Source of the DNA: Mobula hypostoma
Taxonomy: Eukaryota
Reading direction: 5' to 3'
NCBI RefSeq assembly: GCF_963921235.1
Contig: NC_086097.1
Coordinates: 3,782,001-3,846,000, forward strand
Length of the DNA: 64,000 bases
In this document: positions 50,245-61,058 of the stretch, piece after piece
Layout of the letters: every line of letters starts with the position of its first letter
Numbering within the stretch: the stretch's first letter is position 1
Position numbers and translations under genes: made by a program
Notes under the pieces: model-generated
Told to the model about the DNA's origin: nothing
What the model saw: only the letters and a program-made list of their open reading frames with translations
The model's database searches: none

Positions 50245-51582
50245 GTAGAACAGAGCTGCCTTGCTCTTTAGAACGTATTATAAACACGTACAACAGCCTA
50301 TATACAGAGTGTGTGTGTGTGTGTGTGTATGTAATTTATAGTTTTTATTATGTATTGGCAATGATCTGCTGAGGCAAAACAACAAATTTGACAATGTATG
50401 CCAGTGATATCAAACCTGATTGTGAACTGTTCCTTGGTTTAGCACAGGGCTGTATTCCTGGAAAAAGATAATTGAACAGTATTTTGGAAATTGAAAAACC
50501 CAAGCATTTCTTACATTGCTGCATGCACAGTGGTCACGGTTAGTTATAATGAAAAATAGTTCCATAAATTAAAGACAAATACCCCACCAAAGAGTCAATG
50601 GCATTACAACATACTGAAATCTCATAAATACAGGATCTAAGGAAGGGTCTCAGTACAAAATGGTGACTGTTTATTCCTCTCCATAGACGCTGTCTGACCT
50701 GCTGAGTTCCTCCAGCATCTTGTATGTGTTGCTCTGAATTTCCAATATCTGCAGACTTTCTCTTGTGTTTGTGCTTTGAAAATTTTTGGATACAATTGAT
50801 GAGTCCCATCCCTGGGAGAGTCTTTCCGGTGGTCCCCAGGTGTAGCCCATCTTCAAAGATCCTTCCTCTTCCAGGGATGAGGCCATTGGAGCTTCTCTTG
50901 GCATCTCATCTGAGTTCCTTCCACTAAGACAATCCCCATTAATATTGGAAAAGTTAGTATCACCAACTTGTTTTTATGCTCTACTGCAATTAGCCTTTTT
51001 ATCTGTTCTTCTAGTACTTATCTGCTATAAATCCAGGACCTGAAGAAGGGTCTCAGCCCAAAATGTCAACTGCTTATTCTTTTCTATTGATGCTGCCTCA
51101 CTTGCTGAGTTCCTCTAGCATTTTGTATGTGTTACTCTGCGGAATCTCTTGTGCTTGTATATCTTTATTATTTTGTTGATGAACACTTTTTCTGCTTCTT
51201 AAGCCCATCACCCCTACTGGGACGGAGGTTTCTGACTGCAGCTTGACAGAGACCTCTGTCCTGGGCCAGTCTTTCCAGTAGTCCCCAGGTGTAGCCCATC
51301 TTCAAAGATCCTTCCTGTCCCAGGGATGAGGCCATTGGAGCTTCTCTTGGCATTTCTGTAGCTCTGGGTTATTACAGGATGGGGTCGCTAGCCCATGCCC
51401 ATCCCTCCTCCTCTTGCAGCCAGAGCTGGGACCATCTATGGCCAAGTTTGTAGTAATGGGTTGGGTTTCCACAATGATTTTACTCTGTCTTCTGGTTACA
51501 GTTTTGGACGACAAGCCGACATTCTTATGGAGACATTCTCAGTAGAGTCTCACAAACCAAAAGTACATCACGTTTTATACCC

Positions 51583-52420
51583 TTAAGATCAATGGTTCAA
51601 GAGGTGATTCAATACAGTTTCAATAGTTACAATGACATCATTTACCTCAATAATTTGCATTGACAACATTTCCTTTGAGTTGCATGTCTACAGTGGGAGA
51701 CACCCCTGAATGTTCAAATACCTTGTCTGCGACAAACTAATTGAGAACTTCCCTGACCTTGCATAATGTTCACTATATTACAATAGGTGAAGTTCCTGAA
51801 AACCAGAGATGATGCAGAGTAATTCAAACACCACATTGTATTATCATTTGGTTGATGCATTTCCAATCTGTCTGTGGGCCAGTCTGTTACTGCAATTTAC
51901 AGCTTGCCATTTTCAAAAAGAACTGAAGACTAGCTGTGGCTTGAATTAATTCTCAGAACTCCAGAATATGCCCTAACAAGAAGCTGAACCACAACAATAG
52001 AAGTAGTTTGTTTTCTCTAGCTGGCCAGTGATGAAATCATTGGCATCATCTTTCACTGCACTATTTGGCAAAGGTCCACGACTGATTGCTAAGCATTTTA
52101 CAACTAAAAATAAACATGGGCAACAGAAGAATATACAGTGCTGAGAAATCCTATTTCAGTGACATAATGAATGTCACTGAAGTAAGGTCAATGTATTTTG
52201 ATATGTTGATATCAAAACACATTGTACAATCTGTGACTTCAGTGGTTGCCACTGGAGGTTAGAGTAATTGTTTTGCTTGAATGTGGAATTCCTGGCTGTT
52301 AATACAGTTGTTTTCATCCTCAAAACATTGATGTCTTAAAGCATTTTGCTTCAATAAATTAGTCCCTTAATGCATCCAATTTTGTTTTGAATGCAGTAGG
52401 ACCACAAGAGACCACAGTGC
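51583..52420. repeat. Unclassified old interspersed repeat (partial second copy at about 6870-7178)
   Basis: The shared block tgaagact..cttgaattaattctcagaactccagaata...actgattgctaagcatttt..aataaacat is at about 51900-52120 and 6960-7178. Confidence 0.6.
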
Positions 52421-53366
52421 TCTCTTTTTGCACTCGTTCGTTCATTATGTGCCATGTCGTAGGATGGGCTGATCACGGTTTTTGACCATGAATGCGCCTG
52501 GCAAATTTTTCTACAGAAGTGATTTGTCATGCCGCCTTCTGGGCAGTATCTTTACAAGACAAGTGACCCAAACCATTATCAATACTCTTCAGAGATTGTC
52601 TGCCTGGCGTCAGTGGTTGCAAAACCAGGACTTGTGATATGCACCAGCTGCTCGTACAACCATCCACCACCTGCTCCCATGGCTTCACTTGACCCTGATC
52701 GGAGGGGGGGTGTGGGGGGTGTGCTACAACTTGCCCAAGGGTGATCTACAGGCTTGTGGAGGAAAGGAGCACCTTATACCTCCTTTGGTAGAGACATATG
52801 TAGTTTTGCTCTACATATACCTAAAATGTTGCATGTGTGTCTTCCGGCTCCTGCTGGTAGCAATGAGAAGAAGGCACGTCCTGGGTGATGGGAGTTCTTC
52901 ATGGGGCATCACATTTTGAAAATGCCCCTTGTGGCAGCAATGAGCACACTGTTTCACAGCTACCATATAATTCTGGACACTTTAATGACCAGTTTTCTGA
53001 ATTGCATGCCATAATTCAATTCTTTATTTTCAACATTGGCCCCCATTTTGGATCTTTTACAAGTCTTTCTCATTATGCTAACACATGACATTCTCCACAC
53101 TGTTTCCAAGGCAAGAGAGACTTCCTCTTGGCTCATAAGCACCACATTCATGATTAGACTGATCAAACTAGCAAGCTGCTTCCTCAGCTTTATTTTACCA
53201 TCTCAGCCTCTAAATGACATTGGTTGCGTATAAAGTGAGAGTTGTGCAGGGGTTTGGTTTGCATGTTATACGCAACCTGTCAGTCACCTTACGTACAGAT
53301 GCTCCTGTGCCTAGTGTCACTTTATGGACATATAATCAACCAATGTATAGACGCTATCTTATGCAT

Positions 53367-56300
53367 AGTGGGAAGCATTTGGTCCATGATGACAGACGAG
53401 AAGATCTTGTTGATCTGAACTGCTGGTTTTATTGCGACAAGCACAATAACAGACAGGGCACTATCGCTTGGTGACAGTCGACTCAGTCGCATTCAGATGG
53501 GGGAGGTGATGATCACACACCCTGGTGACAGTCAGGGTGACCCACAAACACACATGTGAATAACTGTATCACCCAAGCTAAAATGTAACAATAGATGAAC
53601 TGGAACATCCCACCATAATCCCATGAATGCATTTTAAAACAAGAACAATGAATACTGCTGTCAACCAGGAATGCTGGGTCGAGCTGTCAACCATGAACCC
53701 ACCCCCCCGCCCCCGGGTGCCATACTGCCCCCACCTGAGGGGTCAGCCACCGAACCCAGCAACACCAGAGTTCACAACAAAGTCCAAGATTCCTGGTGGT
53801 GATCGATGCTGCTACTAGGGTCACTGGGGGGGGGGGGGAGGAGGGGGAAGGTGGGGATGGTGCCTGGAGCCCCGCCCCAGGGGAGGCTCTGTTTGGTGAG
53901 GGAAGAGGCAGGGCACTGGGCATGTCACTTCCTTCCTTCAGCTGACACAGTGCCAGGCGACCCTGGTGCAGTGCAGTACAGCTGCCTTCCACTGCCGGGG
54001 CAACTGCACCCGAATACCACATCAAAGATGTGGTTGAGCACTCCTCCCGGCCCTTTGAGTGGCTTACAACCAGGGGGATAATCCTTTCTTCTGGGACCCA
54101 TACTTGCCCCCCCGCCCAGTAAAATCCTGTCCCCATCTGCAGACATCATAAGACCATTTTGACGGCCGGCCGCCAGCTGGGCTTTGGTTCTGCTGAGCCA
54201 CGTCATGAACAGCCCGCAGGTGCCCCCTGAGGTGCTGCAGGTTTACCGACCTGGCCTCCCCAGGAACCTCCGGCTCGGGATGGGGTCAAACACCAGATCC
54301 ACTGGCGTGCCAGCTCTGCCCGAACACGAGCACAGCTGGTGTACACCTGGTGCTCTCCTGAACAGCTGCCCAGTATGCCCACAAAACTGGTCACACTGGT
54401 ACTGGCTGACGAAGATGTCATGCTGCGTAGCCAGGGTGTGGTTGAAACACTCCACCGGCCTCACCTTGCAGGTGAAGGGGGTGGTCCGTGTTGTGATCAT
54501 TCCCAGCTGCCTGCAGACCTGACCAAACACCTCTGCCTCAAAGTTGCACCCCTGGTCACTGTGGGGTCCCTCGGGGGCACTGAGACAGCAGAAGGACTCC
54601 AGCACATTTCTCTCAACATGGTGGTGCTCCGGTCTGGGACCGGGTACACCTCTGGCCACTTTGTGACGCGATCCAAGCCCACGAGAACATAGTGGTTCCG
54701 GGTGTCAGTACAGGGGAGGGGGCCCAGGATGTCCATCACTACGTGCTCCACTGGGACCCCCATAGACTGGCCACCCAGCCCCTGCTGGGACAAGCAAGCA
54801 TTGTAGCATGCATGGACATCTGCACATGCTGCCTGAACCCAGGTCAATAGAAGTACTCGCACAGCTTGCCCAATGTCTTTGCCACCCCAAATCGGCCAGC
54901 CCCCACTAACCCCTGCACTGACGCCAGCACCATGGCGTAGAGCCCCTTGAGAGCCACCAGCCGCAGGAGACATCTGTCACTGTTGGAAATCTGCCACCAC
55001 TGGAACAGGAACCCGTTACGCTCCTCCAGTGTTCCCACTGAGAGTGTAGGGCTCCGGACCCTGGATCCAGCGGGGGAGACCTCCCCGCACCCTGGCCCCT
55101 ATCCCACGCTCAGCCATCCCCTCACCCGGACCAGCACGGGATCACGGGATCACTGCACAGCCGCTGGTCCCCTGCTCTCCCGGACCAGCACGGGATCACG
55201 GGATCACTGCTGAATGCGCAGCCGCTGGTCAGTGGTGGAAACGCCAACCTCGCTGCTGGTATCACCACTGCCGCCCACCCCCAGTTCCGCGTGCTGCACT
55301 GCAGCAGGTCACTGTGAGGCCGGTGGTGGGTGTTGCTGACCCACTGGGTCTATTTCCTGGAGCTGCCCTGCCAGAGAGCCAAAGTAGAGTGTTGCCCCCG
55401 ACACATCCACACGGGCCCCCTCAGCAGGACAGCAGGTCCAGTCCAGGCCAACGATGCCGATCCGCCAGAAGTTGGCTGTCCACACCCCGTGCTCCACTTT
55501 GTTGTCCCCCACTGCGATGCACAGCCTCCTCTTTCCTCTCATCGCTGCACCGTCATCGGTGACCAGCTGGACCACCGTCGTCGTCCACCCAGGCAGGGAT
55601 GGTGGTCCGTATTCAGGAGGACACCTGGTGGACTACGGTGATTGTCCACCAACACACGGCGTCTGATGCTCTCCACCACGCAGTCCACGTGCAAGCCTTG
55701 CTCTTCGCCCTAACGGCCCACCCGAAGAGGCAGCAACAAAAGGATTCTGCTGGAAGTCTCAGCGTTGCTCCCCACTTGCTGTTTCCCCGTGGCTGCGCTG
55801 TGGCGTGGTGCTGGTGCGGGGCAGTTCCGGGCCACCTGGACTGCCTCATCACACCGGTAGCAGCGATCGCGCCGTGGCATATAGTGGTGCTGGTCGGACC
55901 TGTCTCACGGGCTCCTCCTCTGCCTCAGTGACACAAGCCCGGGCTTGTCGTGAGCGGGTGACGCTGGAACACTTTGGGGGGCTAAAATTGCTTCTACCCT
56001 CTCCGCCTCTGCCCGTGCCTCGGCCAGTGATGCTCGTGATGTTGGGAGAACATGCTGCCGAACGCGCTCTGGCGTCAGCGCCTTTACAAAGGTGTGGAAG
56101 GCGAGCTCTTCCTGGGCCGCGGGAGGGATCTGGAGTAGCCATGCTGAGCAGAGTGGTGGAGATCTGCTGTAAACACCCCAGGCTTTCTCCCACATGGTGC
56201 TGTCTGCTGCCCAGTCCTTCCCTCATTGCTTCCGCCAATGGCCCCTCCTCAAAACGCCGCTCCAGCCCCACTACGAGGACCCTGTGGTTACGCTGCTCAT

Positions 56301-57010
56301 CCAGCATGAGGTCGAGGAGGACCCGCAGGTCATCACCCTCTGGCGCCAGGGCAAAGGGCGCTGCTGTCTCAGTGGGGCTTCACCCGTTGTGCCATGTGGC
56401 AAGTTTGACTTGCACCAGGTGAGGCTCCAGGCAGCCAGCACTATTGTATCTGGGGAGCTTCAGGGTGGACCGTGTTGTATGAATTACTGAGGCCAACTGG
56501 TCTTCCTCGCGCTCTGACAGCATCAATGGTGCCTGCCATGCCACGTATCCTCCCACGGCTGTGTCACAGGGACCACGAGGGAGGGAGGTGATGCACTCTT
56601 GGGTTGGGCTCCTGGGTACGCCTGCCCCATCGGGGTTCCCTGGCAAGGCACGATGCTCGAGTCTCAGGTTCTCCATCTTCGGGATCCTGGCCTGGGGATG
56701 CCGGGGAGGCATACTGCTCGTTTCCTTGACCTATTCCCTGGGTTGTAAGGCGCTCCGTCCAACATCGTAGCTCTTCAATCTCGCCGTCAATTTCAAATCC
56801 CACTCGTGACACCAGTGTGGCAAGCATTTGGTCCATAATGACAGAAAAGAGAAGCTCGTTTATCAAAACAGCCGGTTTTATTGCTAAAAGCACGAAATCA
56901 GACAGTGCCTTTGCTCAGTGAGAACCCACTCAGACAGGGGAGGTGGTTATTATCACTCCGGTTACAGTCAGTCTGACCCACCAGCACACAACCCACCCCC
57001 CGGACTCCAG
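53367..57010 (-). mobile_element. Degenerate Gypsy LTR retrotransposon lacking RT/RNase H
   Basis: LTR-like repeats at 53367-54102 and 56816-~57000. PBS TGGTGTCACGAGTGGGAT (56814-56797, tRNA-Leu-like) and PPT at about 54103-54117. Gag knuckle CYRCDEAVQVARNC (55862-55821). Integrase MDILGPLP..YVLV..D..TKWPE and HSDQG.NFE..F. Confidence 0.9.
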
Positions 57011-58269
57011 AGTGTCACTGTTTATTTTTATTGTGATTTTTATTATTGTCTTCTTTATCTTATTGTGATTGTGTGGCATTGAATTTGAAGTCACAATTAT
57101 TTCATACACTTGTATACTGGAAATGCCATGAAGCAATCTTGAATGTTGAATCTTGAAAACCACCATAGTGCTGGAAAGTATACATTGGCTTCTTAATAAA
57201 TGGAATAAAACTCAGAACCCTCTTGTTTCAACAGTGATGTACTTTGTTTTCATGTAGGACAATGAGGAAACTGTATAATGTGGTGACCAGACTGGCATGT
57301 GATGAATGTGAGGGTCAGTACTATTTATAGCAATGAAAGGAATGGAAGCCAGGATCGAGTGCTGGTGTTAAGTTTAAGATGACCTCTGGCCACCCTTACT
57401 TTATAAAATAACATAGTGTTTCTCCTCTTTATGAGCCATTTATTCATACGACCATAAGACCGTGTGACATTGGAGCAGAATTGGACCATTCAGACCATCG
57501 AGTCTGCTCCCCATTCTATCACAGCTGATTTATTATCATAAGTTGTAGGATAGATTTATTTATTTAGAGATACAGTTTGGAACAAGCCCCTCAGGCCCAA
57601 CGAGCTATGCCGCCTAGCAACCCACCTATTTAACCCTCGCCTAATCACAGGATAATTTACAATGACCAATTAATCTACTATCCAGTACACCTTTGATGTG
57701 TGAGAGGAAACTGCAGCTCCTGGAGAAAACCCCCACATTCCGCAGGGAGGACATGCGGACTCCATACAGAGGATGTGAGGATTCAACTCCAAACTCCGCT
57801 GCCCTGAGCTGTAATAGCATCTCGCTAACTGCTACACTACCTGGTAATCAGGCCATTTTCCTGTTGTTATAAGTGCATAAATCCTTTTCCAGAAGCATTT
57901 ACCCATTATGAAGTGAAACAATTACATCAAATGCAAAGCAATATCAGGAGTAGTGGAAGAATTGAAATTGGAATTGGTTTATTGACGTGTGCTGAGATAC
58001 AGTGAAAAGCTTGCCTGGCAGACTGTTCATTCAGATCAGATCATTACACGGTGCACTGAGGTAGTGCAAGGTAAAACAGTAACAGAATGCAGAATGAAGT
58101 GTAACGGCTACAGAGAAAGGGCAGTTCGTGCAGACAATAAGGTGCAAGGTTGTCACGAGGCAGATTGTAAGGTCAGAAGTCTATCTCATTATACCAGGGC
58201 TGAGAGTTGGGTTGGTCGATTAGTCACTCTTGGAGGCCAAAAGTTTGTCAGACCTGTAAGTAAATTTAA

Positions 58270-58870
58270 AAGAACAGAGAAGAGTACAGCACATGAACAG
58301 GCCCTTCAGCCCACAGTGTTGTGCCGAACCAATTAAATTAGTAATCAGATGACTAACCAAACTAATCTCTTCTGCCTACACAAAGTCCACACCCTTCCAT
58401 TTCCCTCACATTCCTGTGCCTATCTAAGTGTCTCTTTAAAGTCCCTAATGTATCTGCCTCTTTCACTACCCCAGGCAGCACATTCCAGACACCCACCACT
58501 TTCTGCATTAAAAAAAACAAAGAAACAAACAAGTAAACTTGCTCCTCACATCTGCTTTGAAATGACCCCTTCTCACTTTAAAAGCATGTCCTCTGGTATG
58601 AGACATTTCAACCCTGGGGAAAAGATACTCCCTGTCTACTCTGTCTATGGCTCTCATAATCCTGTAAACCTCCATCAGATCTCCCCACAGCCTCCGGCAC
58701 TCCAGAGAAAAGAACCCAAGTCTGCCCAACCTTGCATTGTAGCACATTCCCTCTAATCCAGGCAGCATCCTGGTAAACCTCTCCACAGCCTTGACACCCT
58801 TCCGATAATGGGGCAATCAGAAGTGCATGTAATACTCCAGGTGCGGCCTAACTAGAGTTTTATAACCTTT
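58270..58870 (-). mobile_element. CR1 3' fragment
   Basis: ORF 58508..58816 has RFTRMLPGLEG...TRGHAFKV. Confidence 0.85.
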
Positions 58871-59787
58871 AGTAATTTGTAATTTTTAGAAAGATAGAAC
58901 TTTGATTTAAGAGGGCAGATTGACTGTAACAGAGATATTGAGAGGATGTGTAGGAGCAGTCATCTTGCATAAGGAGTACCTGGACAAGCATTTAAATTGC
59001 CAGTGTGTGGTAGGCTCCGATCGTGTGCTGGACAATCATAGCACGGTGTTCTTTGATAATCCATGGCAGAGATTTCTTTGCAATCCAGCTCTTTTTTTTG
59101 TTTTTGCTTACTCAAGAGATACAGTCTCCTTTCTTTGGAAGTTTTCCAAAGTTTCACAACCAGTCGGTGAAAATATCAAAAGTTCAAATTTATTATCAAA
59201 GTATACTGTACACAACGGAGAGATTTGTCTTCTTGCAGGCAGCTACAGAACACAAGAACACAATGGAACCCATGAAAAACCTCACACTACAAAAACACAA
59301 ACATTGAATGTGGAAAAGAGGTCAAATCACACAAATAATAAAAAAGTAAACAAATACGTACATGAAATAAGAGTTACAGGGTCCCTGAAAGGGGGTCTAT
59401 AGCTGCAGAGTCAGTTCAGCACTGAGGTGAGTGAAGCCAGTCAGGACAGTAACTGCCCCCGAACCTGGTGGTGTGGGACCCGCGATGCCTGCATCTCCCA
59501 CCTAGCGAAAAGAGAGGGAGACGGTTTAAAGTAGGCAGACTGGACAGACTCAGGAGGGGGATCTTGGCTGGCACGGAGAAGAAAACCAGTTCATTTTCCG
59601 TTCTGCTTTAATCCACTTCAAAGCTATTAACGAGCGTGGAATAATAGAGCTGAGGATAGGTTCATTTTCCACTCTCTGCGTCACGACCTCGGGTCGTTGG
59701 CGGTGTATTCTGAGGGCTTTGAGCTTTTTGCTGTTCTCTGCGTTTTATTAATTGTAATTATCTATATTGACGTGCTTTGGGTTTTTC

Positions 59788-61058
59788 ATATAAGACCATA
59801 AGACATGGTAGCCGAAATAGGCCATTTGGCCCATTGAGTCTGTTCCACCACTCAATCATGACTGATCTTTTTTCCCTCTTCCTCAACCCCATTTCCTGGT
59901 CTTCCCCCTGTAACCTTTGATGCCATGTCCAATCAAGAATCTATCAATCTATATCCAATCAAGAACCTATACAAGGATGTTGCCTGGATTGGAGGGTGTA
60001 CCTTATGAGAATAGACTGAGTGTACTTGGCCTCTTCTCCTTGAAGGGTCAGAGGATGAGAGGTGACCTGATAGAGGTGTATAAGATGATTGATCAAAGTT
60101 GCTGGTGAACGCAGCAGGCCAGGCAGCACCTCTAGGAAGAGGTGCAGTCGACGTTTCAGGCCGAGACCCTTCGTCAGGAGTGAAACGTCGACTGCACCTC
60201 TTCCTAGAGATGCTGCCTGGCCTGCTGCGTTCACCAGCAACTTTGATGTGTGTTGCTTGAATTTCCAGCATCTGCAGAATTCCTGTTGTTTGTGTTGTTT
60301 GTTAAGATGATTGATTGTGAGATAGCCAGAGGCTTTTTCCCCGGGGCTGAAGTGGCTAACACAAGGAGTTTTAAGGTGCTTGGAAGTAGGTAACTAGGGG
60401 GATATCAGGGGTAAGTTTTCCACACAGAGAGTGGCAGGTGTGTGGAATGCGCTGCCGGTAGTGGTGGTGGAACGGATACAAGAGTCTTTTAGGAGCCTCT
60501 TAGATAGGTACATGGAGCTTAGTAAAATAGGGGGCTATGTGCTGGGGAAATTCTAGGCAGTCTCTAGTGTATGGTTGACACAGTATTGTGGGCCAAAAGG
60601 CCTGGAATGTACTGTAAATTTCTAGTTCTATAATTTCTGCCTTAAATACACACAATGACCTGGCCTCCACAGCTGCACCTGGCAACAAATTCCACAAATT
60701 CACCACCCTGTGGCTAAAGAAATTTCTCCGCATCGCTGGTTTGAATGGATGCACCTCTCTCCTGAGGCTGTGTCCTATTGTCCTAGACTCCTCCATCGTG
60801 GGAAACATCATTTCCACATCCACTCTGTCTAGGCCTTTCAACATTCAAAAGGTTTCAGTGAGATCCCCCCCCCCCCCCAATCCTTCTAAATTCCAGTAAG
60901 TACAGACCCAGAGTCATCAAACGTTCCTCATATGATAACCCTTTCATTCCTGAAATCATCCTTGTGAACCTCCTCTGGACCCTCTCCAATGCCGGCATAT
61001 CTCTTCTAAGATGAGGAGCCCAAAACTGTGCGTGATACTCAAGGTGAGGCCTCACCAG
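59788..61058 (-). mobile_element. CR1 3' portion with a nested + strand CR1 fragment (about 59971-60630)
   Basis: ORFs 60855..61061 and 60500..60844 (-), and 59917..60108 (+). Confidence 0.85.
60094..60302. mobile_element. Palindromic Penelope-type mini-insertion with a hammerhead core on the minus strand (60146-60179)
   Basis: Arms at about 60092-60158 and 60181-60247 are near-perfect inverted repeats. 13 bp duplication TAAGATGATTGAT at 60081-60093 and 60303-60315. Confidence 0.85.

Noticed and set aside
53600..56900. Dense overlapping GC-rich ORFs as novel genes
   Set aside because: They are shifted or antisense frames of the decayed Gypsy element.
57258..57312. Possible exon 5 of the CCDC197-like gene (ttttcatgtag|G...G|gtcagt)
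   Set aside because: It is phase-compatible, but the peptide TMRKLYNVVTRLACDECE does not resemble the expected K.YEDYL coiled-coil continuation and the donor is weak.
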